Shown in pieces: positions 54,151 to 64,000 of a DNA stretch of 64,000 nucleotides. Under the pieces are notes generated by a model. It ran no database searches and was not told where the DNA came from. It was given only the letters and a program-made list of their open reading frames with translations. Numbering within the stretch: position 1 is the first letter of the stretch; every line of letters starts with the position of its first letter. The stretch lies in assembly GCF_006345805.1 (NCBI RefSeq), contig NC_043021.1, positions 12,276,001 through 12,340,000 of the forward strand, written 5' to 3'. Both the position numbers and the translations under genes were made by a program. Origin of the DNA: Octopus sinensis (lineage: Eukaryota).

Positions 54151-55111
54151 GTCTGTGTGTGACATATATGTAGGAGTGGGTATATGTGTGTAATGTGTGT
54201 GTATAGGTATGTGGATCAATATATATGTGTGTATGAATATGCGTGTTTATATATCTATATATGTGTGTGTGTGTACATATGTATGTGTGTGTTTGTATGT
54301 ATGTATCGATGTCTATATATGTGTATTTATAGATGTGTGCATGTGTGTGTGTGTGTGTGTGTGTGTGCATGTGTACATGCATGCCTGTATGTCTGTGTGT
54401 GACTTATGTGTAGGAGTGGGTATATGTGAGTAATGCATGAGAGTATGTGTATGTGTATCAATATATATTTGTGTATATGTGTGTTTATATATCTATATGT
54501 GTGTGTACATAAATATGTGTGTGTGTTTATATGTATCTATCGATGTGTATATATGTGTATTTATAGATGTGTACATATGCATGTGTGTGTGTGTGCGTGT
54601 GTACATGAATGACTGTATGTCTGTGTATGACATATATGTAAGGAGTGAGTATATGTGTGTAATGCATGAGTGTATCAATATATATGTGTGTGTATGAATA
54701 TGTGCTTATATATCTATATGTGTGTGTATATATGTATGTGTGTGTTTATATGTGTGTATGTATATATGTGTTTATATATCTATATGTGTGTGTGTACATA
54801 TGTATGTGTGTGTGTTTATATGTATGTACCGATGTGTATATATGTGTATTTATAGATATATAAACACACATATACATACATACATATAAACACACACATA
54901 CATATATACACACACACATATAGATATATAAACACATATTCATACACACACATATATATTGATACACTCATGCATTACACACATATACGCACTCCTACAT
55001 ATATGTCACACACAAACATACAGTCATTCATGTACATATGCACACACACACACACACATGCATGTGTACACATCTATAAATACACATATATACACACCGA
55101 TACATACATAT
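54151..55111. repeat. Microsatellite-derived ~230-240-bp tandem units (x3) followed by an inverted copy
   Basis: Units start at 54151, 54391 and 54619; ~54855-55111 is the reverse complement of the unit. Confidence 0.8.
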
Positions 55112-56849
55112 AAAGTATGTTTGTGTGTGTGTATGTATGTATCTGTTCTTGGCTGTCTCAACAGAAGAATATTCACCAAAGAGGCAAGCCATTACTTTTC
55201 AACGAGTTTTATATTTTAACTCATTATTATACATTGATATATTCCAATATATTCCCAACTCGTGTCCTTATCTTGGTTGCCGTAGAAACAGAATTAAGTG
55301 ACTGTAACAGCCATGATGGAAGACACAAATCTAAATATATATCCAAGTAATGAAATAACGAAGATAATACTTTCTGTATTGGTCGCATGGCCAGCAATTT
55401 TTTTTGGCTGGGAGGTGATTGTTGATTGCATTGACCCCCCACTGGTGCTCAACCGGTATTTATTTTATCGTTCTTGAAAGGATGAACGGCTAAGTTCACC
55501 TTGGTTACATTTCAATTCAAAGTATAAAGAGCTGGAAGGAATACTGCTAAGCATCTTGTCTGGCTTGCTAATGGTTCTTATTTCTTTGTTGCCCACAAGG
55601 GGCCACACACAGAGGGGACAAACAAGGACAGACAAAGGGATTAAGTCAATTATATCAACCTCATCATCATCATCATCATTGTTCGACCGTGGTCGAGACA
55701 ATGGAATTTTCCATGCTACGCCAGACTTCCTGGTCCATCATAGCATTATGGAGGTCCTGTTGCTGGATGCCTGTATCCCTGGAGATTACATCAAGGTAGG
55801 AGAGTGTGTGCCCTCTGGTATTGCGAGTAGATGGCTTCCAGAGGAGAAGAGTAGAAATTGCCTCGTTTTCAGCTCTACTTATTTAATCGGCCCCGAAAGG
55901 ATGAAAGGCAAAGTCGACCTCAGCAGAATTTGAACTCAGAACACAGCGGCAGACGAAGTACCACTAATCATTTCGCCCAGTGTGTTAACGATTCTGCCAG
56001 CTCGCTGCCATTTTGTCTGGCTTGCTAATGGTTCTGCTAGCTCACTACCCTTAATTAATTATTTCTAATTTCGGCACAAGGTTGGCTCTTTTGAGGGGAA
56101 GGATAAGTCGGTTGCTTGACTGGTATTAATACTTTATTTTATTGACCTCAAAAGCACGAAAGGATAAGTTTACCTTGGAGGGATTTGAACTCAGAATGTA
56201 CTCGCTTGAAGAAATGCTGCAAAGTATTGTGTCTTGCACACTAACACTTCTGCCACCTCAGTACCTTAATAATAATAATGATGATCCTTCCTGCAATAGG
56301 CACAAAGCCTGAAGTTGTAAGGAAGGGGCTTGTTGATTACATTGACCCCAGTACTCAGCTGGTATTTATTTTATCAGCCTCAAAATGATGAACGGCAAAG
56401 TTGACCATGGAAGAATTTAAATTTAGAATGTAAAGAGAACTACTACTAATTCCTTCTGTGATATATATTAGTAAGGAAATTCATTGCCCATGTGTTTTGT
56501 TTAATTTCAGTAATAACCAAAGATTTGTAAGGGTTTATTAGTGAAATAACTAAATTTTCCTTCATGAAATTGATGTTTGGAGCACGATTTGATCAAAAGT
56601 TTTCTTTAACCCTCTTGGGATACCCAGGTTGATTGGTTGGCCCAAGTGATACAAGCTGAAAGGACTTTGAAGCCAATCCATCAGCCCAATGGAACAAATG
56701 TTGTGATTAGTTGGTTTCAGAGTTTAATAGCTAATCAGAGACCTTCTTTCAAAAAAATTTTGGTCTCTTTGGCTACACATACCAAAACACCATGTGTCTC
56801 AAAAGGGTTAGATTATAAGAACAGGTTGCAACTTTAATGTAAACTCTTC

Positions 56850-57140
56850 AAAACTCATAATTTTGTATCATGGACTCTAGCTTAGTTGAGTTGTTTTTAA
56901 AAGGACTAATAAATACTTCCAACTGGCAGTTATTATCAGAGAAACAGGGGCTACTTTTGGTGGGTTTGTGTCAAAACAGTTAATAAATACATACGATTGA
57001 TGGTTTTGTATTGTAGAATGAAGGGCTGATTTTGGTAGGTTTGTGTGAAAAGGGTTAATAAACACCTGCAACTGATGATTTTTGTATCATAGAATCGGGT
57101 GTGGCTTTTGGTGGATTCATGCCAAAGGTGTTAATAAAAT
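56850..57140. repeat. Degenerate ~70-bp tandem repeat x4
   Basis: Recurring TTTTGTATCATAGAAT..GGGCT..TTTTGGT.GG.TT..TG..AAA.G.GTTAATAAA. Confidence 0.6.
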
Positions 57141-57639
57141 ACCTGCAATGATTTATTGCTTTGACATTAACTGCATTACAGCATCGGCCTCTCCCCGTTA
57201 CACCCATCAGTCTAGGAAAACTCAAAAAGGAATATGGAGTGCATTGTAAAAAAAAATTAATAAAATAAAATAAAGCAAAGCGAAACAAATCTAATGAATA
57301 TAAATACTATGTTCTGTTCTGTGAAACTTTATCAGATTCTCAGAGAAACTATTCCCCTGCGATTCTCGATAAGCCATTCTTGCTAGAGATTTCTAAATAC
57401 ATGATTTCTGTTGAAATTTTTGATTCATAAACAAAGCATTTGATCAAGGTGCAGCACCAACAGCAACAACACCAGGAAGTTGTAGAGTTGTAGATAAGCT
57501 GCAGTTGTGTGTGGTTTTGGTGGCATCCATCCAAAGTTTTGTGCAGTGGCTCGCTGAATTTTCTATCAGGTTGCGCCATCAAGTTTTGTTCTGCTGATAT
57601 ATATCCAGCTTATGCCAGGTTTCCTATGCTTAATCATTG

Positions 57640-58275
57640 ACATCTGGCGGCAGTGGTGGTGACAGCAGTGGTGGTGGTGGCAGCGGCAGTGGTGGTGGTG
57701 GCAGCAGCAGTGGTGGTGGTGGAGGCAGTGGTGGTTGGGAGGGCGGTGGTGGTGGTGGCGGCGGAAGTGGTGGCGGAAGTGGTGGTGGCAGTGGCAGTGG
57801 TGGTGGTGGTGATGGTGGTAGCAGCAGTGGTGGTTGTGATGGCGGCGGCAGTGGTGGCGGTGGCAGTGGTAGTGGCGGCAGTGGTTGCGGTGGCAGTGGT
57901 AGTGGTGGTGGTAGTGGTAGTGGCGAGGGCAGTGGTGGTGGTGGTGGTGGCAGCAGTGGTGGTGGCAGGGGCAGTGGTGGTGGCAGCAGCAGTGGTGGTT
58001 GTGAGGGCGGCAGTGATGGCGGTGGCAGTGGTAGTGGCGGCAGTGGTGGTGGTAGTGGCGAGGGCAGTGATGGTGGTGGTGGTGGTGGTGGCAGCAGTGG
58101 TGGTCGCAGGGGCAGTGGTGGTGGCAGCAGCAGTGGTGGTTGTGAGGGCGGCAGTGATGGCGGCGGCAGTGGTGGCAGTGGTAGTGGCGGCAGTGGTGGT
58201 GGTAGTGGTAGTGGCGAGGGCAGTAATGGTGGTGGTGGTGGCAGCAGTGGTGGTCGCAGGGGCAGTGGTGGTGGG
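57640..58275. repeat. GGT/GGC/AGT-rich trinucleotide tract with three 135-156-bp higher-order units
   Basis: GGCGAGGGCAGT landmark at 57922, 58057 and 58213. Confidence 0.85.
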
Positions 58276-58315
58276 TGGGGGTGTTGTCGAAAACTTTCAG
58301 AACATTTTATATTCT

Positions 58316-60004
58316 CTTTACCTTTTATTCCCTTCCTTGTTTCAGTCGTTGGACTGTGACCATGCTGGGGCACATCACCTTGAAGGGTTTTTAGTTGAAC
58401 AAATCAACCTCAGGATTTTTTTTTCTTTGTAAAGCCTGGTTACTTATTCAATCGGTTTCTTTTGCCGAACTGCTAAGTTATGGGGACGTAAATACACGAA
58501 CACCAGTTGTCAAATGGTAGCGGTGGGACACACACACACACATATATATATATACATGCTGGACTTCTTTCAGTTTCCATCTACCAAATCCACTCATAAG
58601 GCTTTGGTCAGTCCAAGGTTATAGCAGAAGGTGCCACGCAGTGAGGCTGAACCCGGAACCATGTGGTTGGGAAGCAAACTTTTTTTACCATACAGCCACA
58701 CCTGCACTTATATATCATTTAGCATTTTTTCTTGTTGTTGTTGTTTTGTTGTTGCTACCCACCACTCTGAAGCACCAGACTAGTGTTCGTACATGAAAGA
58801 GATCTAAAAATAATAATTTTAAAAAAAAAGAAAGAAAATTTGCGAAATTTTATTGATTGCTCGTCGTATGTTGATTACGCATGTAAGTTTTTTTGATAAT
58901 TTAATAATTGGTAGTAAGAGTGTATTGTCGATACGGCTTGTGGTGGAGTCATGGAAAAAGAGGTGTTGCTTTGTGACGGTGCAGTGCTATCAGTTGATAA
59001 CACATGACTGCTAAAATCTGGCGCTGCTTTCTGTTTATTCTCTCAGAAACTACCGTCTTCAGTTTAATTAAATATATTCGTATCAGTAGCACCGTAGAAA
59101 AAAAAAACAGAAAAAAATTGGAGGATATACTTTTTTTTAATCTTTTCTTGTATTTGTTCTTGTCGTTGGACCGTGGCCATGCTGGGGCACTGCCTTGATT
59201 AATTTTAGTCAAACAAATTGACCCCAGTGCTTGTTTTGTTTTCTTTTTTGTTTTTTTTTTAAAGCCTGATATTTATTCTGTTGGTCTATTTGGCTGAACT
59301 GCTTAGTTATGGATGGGGACATAAATACTCCAACACTGGTTGTCAAGCAGTGGTGGGGAATGAACTCACACACACACACACACATTTATACAATGGACTT
59401 TTTTTCAGTTTTTGTCTACCAAATCCACCCAGGGCTCTGATTGGTCCGAGGCTATAGTAGAAGATACTAGCCCAAATTGCCATGCAGTGGGACTGAACCT
59501 GGAACCATATAGCTGAGAAGCAAACTTCTTACCTCACAGCCACACTTGTGTCTTTCTTTTTAATTGTTTTTTTTTCATTTTTTTCACAACTTTTACTCTT
59601 TTACTTGTTTCAGTCATTTGACTGCGGCCATGCTGGAGCACCGCCTTTAATCGAGCAAATTGACCTCAGAACTTATTCTTTGTAAGCCTAGTACTTATTC
59701 TATTGGTCTCTTTTGACGAACTGCTAAGTTACAGGGACGTAAACACACCAGCATCGGTTGTCAGGCGATGTTGGGGGAACAAACACAGACACACAAACAT
59801 ACATACACACACACGCACGCACACACACATATACATATATACAACAGGCTTCTTTCAGTTTCTGTCTACCAAATCCACTCACAAGTCTTTGGTCGCCCCG
59901 AGGCTATAGTAGAAGACACTTGCCCAAGGTGCCATGTAGTGGGACTGAACCCGGAACCATGTGGTTGGTAAGCAAGCTACTTACCTCACAGCCACTCCTA
60001 CGCT
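58316..60004 (-). mobile_element. Three SINE family A copies (approx. 58316-58710, 59150-59550, 59590-60004)
   Basis: Reverse-complement similarity to 1046-1434. Confidence 0.8.
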
Positions 60005-60895
60005 TACCAAGATATTAGAGAACAATATCTTGGTAGAGGATCTTGGAAAGAAGTAAAAACAGCTATCTCTTCATCAAGATTACCCCACCCTCTTCTTTTG
60101 GCAGGAAAGGGAAGGCAGTTTTCCTCTGTCTGGTGGCCATCATAAAAGAGGTAGTGTGGTGGATGAGGCTGCAAGGACTGTTGACAGATCCTTTCTGCTT
60201 TGGTCAGACCCTCATCAACTTTTTCAAATTCCACTTGTAAAGGAAAGTAAGGATAGCGAGGGAAGTCCTCCCCCCCCCCAGTATTTTTGTTTAAAGGTGG
60301 GTGAATGTGGCATGGATGGCCCATGTGGATAGGCCTACTCTCAACATATGTTTGTAAGCCGGAGGAGTTGAGAAGGGGAGAGGCACCTCCTGAAGGTGTC
60401 CTTGGCAGTCATGGTGATCAGGACGTGTGGAGTTCCTTGGTTGTCCCTGGGTGGAACTCCCTACCCCTTTTGGGGAATTTTATTGTTGAATTTTTGTTGT
60501 TAACTGTTTTTGTTTTAATTTTATACACAAATTTTTGTGTTAAGCCCCACTTGTCCCTTATGTTGTTTTGTCCATTTCTGTTTTGTGTTTCGTCCTTTTG
60601 GCCAATAAATGAAAGATCATTGTTATTATTATTATTATTATTATTATTAAGTTGGTGAGCTGGGAGAATCGTTACACACTGGGCAGAATGTTTAGCGGCA
60701 TTTTGTCTGCCTTTATGTCCTGAGTTCAAATTCTGCCAAGGTCAACTTTGCCTTTCTTCTTTTTGGTGTCAGTAAAATAAATATTGGGGTTAGATGTAAT
60801 CAACTAGCCCCCTCCTCCCAAAGTTTCAAGCCTTGTGACTATAGCAGAAAGGACTATTAGTATTATTATCATCATTATTATTATTATTATTATTA

Positions 60896-61498
60896 TTGAG
60901 TGAGAGAGCAGTTCATGCCATCAAAGTGACACTGGGGTAAAATATACGAAGCCCAATATACCCATCATGACTACCCGTCTGATAAAGGTACACCAGGCAC
61001 ATGCATCACAACCATATGTGCGCGACATGGTGATCTCATATCAAGATAAACAGCACATGACCTTGCAGGTGGGGCCCAGTTAGAATTTTCTTCAGGTTGA
61101 GTAGCCCATCCCGCTCAAACGGTCCCTGAATAAGGGTTGTTTAAGGATGTTGAAAGAACCACCTATGTTTCCAGAGGTGAACTCTCAACACATGGCTATG
61201 ATGCTCCCCCACTACTTCTGCTCGTGATCAGAGATGCACATATCGTCAGCCACTAAGGGACATGCTCAACTGGTTAAGGTCAAACAACTGACAAGCAAAT
61301 CTGTGGTATTGAGCAGAATATTTGCTGTAGCCCATCTTTTATACCAAGACAAAGGTATTGAGCAGAATATTTGCTGTAGCCCATCTTTTATACCAAGACA
61401 AAAGGTATTGAGCAGAATATTTGCTGTAGCCCATCTTTTATACCAAGACAAAAGTATTGAGCAGAATATTTGCTGTAGCCCATCTTTTATACCAAGAC
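60896..61498 (-). mobile_element. Same repeat family as 47556-48117, ending in a 4x tandem duplication
   Basis: Similarity to 47556-48117. Confidence 0.7.
61305..61498. repeat. Tandem repeat, 49-50 bp x 4
   Basis: GGTATTGAGCAGAATATTTGCTGTAGCCCATCTTTTATACCAAGACAAA starts at 61305, 61354, 61404 and ~61453. Confidence 0.95.
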
Positions 61499-61979
61499 TG
61501 TTATTATTATTATTCACAAAATTACTTCAGTTGTGTTGCTTTACAAATGCAATCAAACTATGCTTTAAATCCAGTTTTCAACCAGTTATGTTTTGATATA
61601 AATTAGATTGGCAAGGTTTCTATCTTTCAGTTAGTATTTAGAAATGTCTGCTATTGATCCGTCTGCTGCCACCGTCTTTCTTCCCCCGCGCACACATACC
61701 GACTGGCCATGTCTTTCACACTCAATCTCCTCCTCTCTCCCTCACTCATCCCTCTCTTCCTCTCCCCCCCCCTCTCTCTCTCTGCCTGCATCTAATGTAT
61801 AATTTTTTCTTCTTTTCTTTTTCCAACTTCGCATTGTGCATCCAGCAAGTTCCTCTTTAAATTCTGCCCATGTTTCTCAATGCACCACATCCGACATCGC
61901 ATTTCTTATACGTGGCTTCTAATCCTCCTGTTATATGGAAAAATAATCTCTTGATTGAGAAAGAAACCATCCGTTTCTC

Positions 61980-62421
61980 CAAACTATAATCTCCTTACTT
62001 TTTTCCTCTTCTCTTTTTTTTTTCTTTTTCATCTTTTGTTTTCTTTCTGTTCTTTTCCATCCTAATTTTCACTGCATATTTATTCCAATCCTCTTGTTCT
62101 TTCCTTCTTTCTTTCTGTCTTTCTTTCTTTCTTTCCTTCTTTCCTTCTGTCTTTCTTTTTTTCCCTTCCTTCTTTCTTTCTTTCCTTCCTTCTTTCTTTC
62201 TGTCTTTCTTATTTCCTTTCTTTCTTTCTTTCTTCGCTCTCTCTCTTTCTTAATTTCTTTCATGTTTGCCTTTCTCTTCCCTCTCTTTCTTTCCTGTATG
62301 TTCTTCCCTCTATTTTTCTTTGTTAATTCTTTTTCTTTCTTCTTGTTCTTTCTTATATAAAGTTATTACAGCCGAGTGATATTTATTTATTTTCTTCTTT
62401 TTTCTTTTTTTCTTTTGCAAG
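61980..62421. repeat. (TTTC)n-rich pyrimidine tract upstream of the SARM1 exon
   Basis: Directly visible in the sequence. Confidence 0.85.
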
Positions 62422-62582
62422 GATTACATAAAGAAAATACTTCATATACTGATGACCAACGACTAAAAGAGAGAAGGTACTTCGACACAAGTTAATTCAA
62501 CAACAGAAAAACGGAAAAAGAAACCAAAAACCAAACCCAAAAACAACAACAGCCTAAGAAAGCATTTAACAGAAACGGATTC
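62422..62582 (+). other. SARM1: Probable 5' UTR portion of the SARM1 first coding exon, after a splice acceptor
   Basis: Long pyrimidine tract ending ...TTTTGCAAG| (AG at 62420-62421). All three frames contain stops before ATG 62583. AAG acceptors are weaker than YAG. Confidence 0.45.
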
Positions 62583-64000
62583 ATGGAGATGGAAATAGTC
62601 TCAGACGATGATGCCTGTGGTGCTAATAACTCCCATAATACGGTACGCCGTATTATGTCAGAAGGAATTTTACAAAACGATGATGGCGATACAGAAAAAT
62701 TTGACCCTTACCGAGCCCTTGAAAGGTCCCAGTCTGATGCATCTCTAATTCAGAACTTTGAAAGTGGAATATCTTCGTCTGTCGATACGACAGATGACGA
62801 AACTGTTCGTGTTAGAAATGTCGGACATAAGGTGTCCGAGTGCTCTACCGTGTATTACGACTTGTCGAAAGCCGTAGAGTGTGAAGTCAGCAAGACACAG
62901 AAAGGCCGTCCCCGCACCCCACGTGCTCTGGAAACTATTCCTCAAGATGAAGAACTGCAAATTGAAAAACCCGTCAAAAATTTCTCGCGCTCTATTAGCA
63001 GTGAAAGTTCATCTAGCATTTACGAAGACAGTGGAACGACCTTCACACAGAAGCTGTGTAAGGAAGAGAAGAGTTATAGTTTTTCTTCATCGTCTTTGTC
63101 ATCGACATCTGTAAAATTTACCAAAGGTGGTCAGCAGGAGCAGATCGTTACAAAGAGCAAAACCACACTAAAGTCTACCATGCAGACATTCTCGCAGGAA
63201 CTGAGAAACAAAATTCACGTTTTACACATTGGCTCCACACCAGAACAGATCGCTGCTCTTCGAGAGATGCTTGCCTTAATTGAGAACGCTTGGTCGACAC
63301 CTGTTCACGGTCGAGATCTTGCTTATGGCCTCTGTGACATCATTCGCCATGAAGGTGCCCTCGAAAGGATTGTTAGCAACTGCGGTTCCTCAAACAAAGA
63401 CTTGTTGCGAGCATCTGGCCGAGTGTTAGAACAAATCATGACAACTGAAAACCGAGAAGCCGTGGCCAAAATTGGTCTCGATACGGTGGTGAAAATGACT
63501 TACAAAACCAAAAATATGTGTGATATGGCTCGTACTTCAACCGGAATACTTGAAAGTTTATTCAAAACTTCTGAGAATACGTGTGGAGAAGTGATCAAGC
63601 TCGGTGGATTAGATGTCGTGCTTCATTGGTGTCGGTACACGGACAGAATGACTCTACGTCACTGTGCTTTTGCCCTTGCTAATTTAGCCTTGTATGGAGG
63701 GCCCGAGAATCAGGAGCTGATGATAAAACACAAAGTCGCCGAATGGCTGTTTCCTTTAGCGTTTAATGACGACGACAGCATTCGCTACTATGCTTGCCTC
63801 GCCATTTCAGCCCTTGTTTCTAACAAAGAGATCGAAGCTGCTGTAGTCAAGTCCGGTACCATGGAACTTGTATTACCTTTCATTGAAAACCACACTCCTG
63901 CTGAATTTGCCCAAAGTGATCAGTCTCACCAGCATGGATGTGCCCGGGAATGGCTTACCCGTCTTATCCCAGTCCTTTCTAGCAAGCGTGAAGAAGCTCA
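62583..64000 (+). CDS. SARM1: SARM1 (sterile alpha and TIR motif-containing NADase; TIR-1/Ect4 orthologue), N-terminal extension plus ARM domain, 3'-partial
   Basis: Manual translation: 472 open codons from ATG 62583 to the window end (MEMEIVSDDD...). Contains ENAWSTPVHGRDLAYGLCDIIRHEG, LEQIMTTENREAVAKIGL, GGLDVVLHWCR..LRHCAFALANLALYGG and AEWLFPLAF..IRYYACLAISALVSNKEIEAAVVKSGT. These align by eye with human SARM1 ARM (AWLLPAVGREVAQGLCD, EQILVAENRDRVARIGL, GGLDAVLYWCR, AEWLFPLAF). In-frame TAA at 62493 lies upstream of the ATG. Confidence 0.96.
   Translation, partial: MEMEIVSDDDACGANNSHNTVRRIMSEGILQNDDGDTEKFDPYRALERSQSDASLIQNFESGISSSVDTTDDETVRVRNVGHKVSECSTVYYDLSKAVECEVSKTQKGRPRTPRALETIPQDEELQIEKPVKNFSRSISSESSSSIYEDSGTTFTQKLCKEEKSYSFSSSSLSSTSVKFTKGGQQEQIVTKSKTTLKSTMQTFSQELRNKIHVLHIGSTPEQIAALREMLALIENAWSTPVHGRDLAYGLCDIIRHEGALERIVSNCGSSNKDLLRASGRVLEQIMTTENREAVAKIGLDTVVKMTYKTKNMCDMARTSTGILESLFKTSENTCGEVIKLGGLDVVLHWCRYTDRMTLRHCAFALANLALYGGPENQELMIKHKVAEWLFPLAFNDDDSIRYYACLAISALVSNKEIEAAVVKSGTMELVLPFIENHTPAEFAQSDQSHQHGCAREWLTRLIPVLSSKREEA

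Noticed and set aside
62493-62495. A-to-I recoding of the upstream TAA to extend SARM1
   Set aside because: It needs both adenosines edited (a single edit still gives a stop), and there is no supporting evidence in the sequence.

Overview
AT-rich, repeat-dense animal genomic DNA. The SINE/microsatellite landscape and the SARM1 sequence point to a coleoid cephalopod (Octopus-like); this is an inference. The only clear protein-coding feature is the 5' part of SARM1 (+ strand, ATG 62583). It is open to the window edge and missing from the supplied ORF track because it has no stop here. It encodes a ~200-aa disordered N-terminus plus the ARM domain in one >1.4-kb uninterrupted stretch. A CpG-rich promoter-like patch with two splice-compatible mini-exons at ~4.2-4.7 kb may start a + strand transcript. 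The rest is intron-like or intergenic. It holds ~25 copies of one microsatellite-bearing tRNA-SINE (strongly minus-biased), other SINEs, CR1 and RTE LINE remnants, mariner, pogo-type and piggyBac-like MITEs, a higher-order minisatellite and long microsatellites. Nearly all supplied ORFs are microsatellite artefacts. The most unexpected signal is a set of type I hammerhead-ribozyme-like motifs, read by eye, in several unrelated short Penelope-like repeats. Two of these repeats sit in or next to long palindromes; the best motif (47177-47226) lies in a 662-bp fold-back whose other arm is its antisense. Repeat boundaries are estimated by eye and approximate unless a TSD or TIR is quoted.
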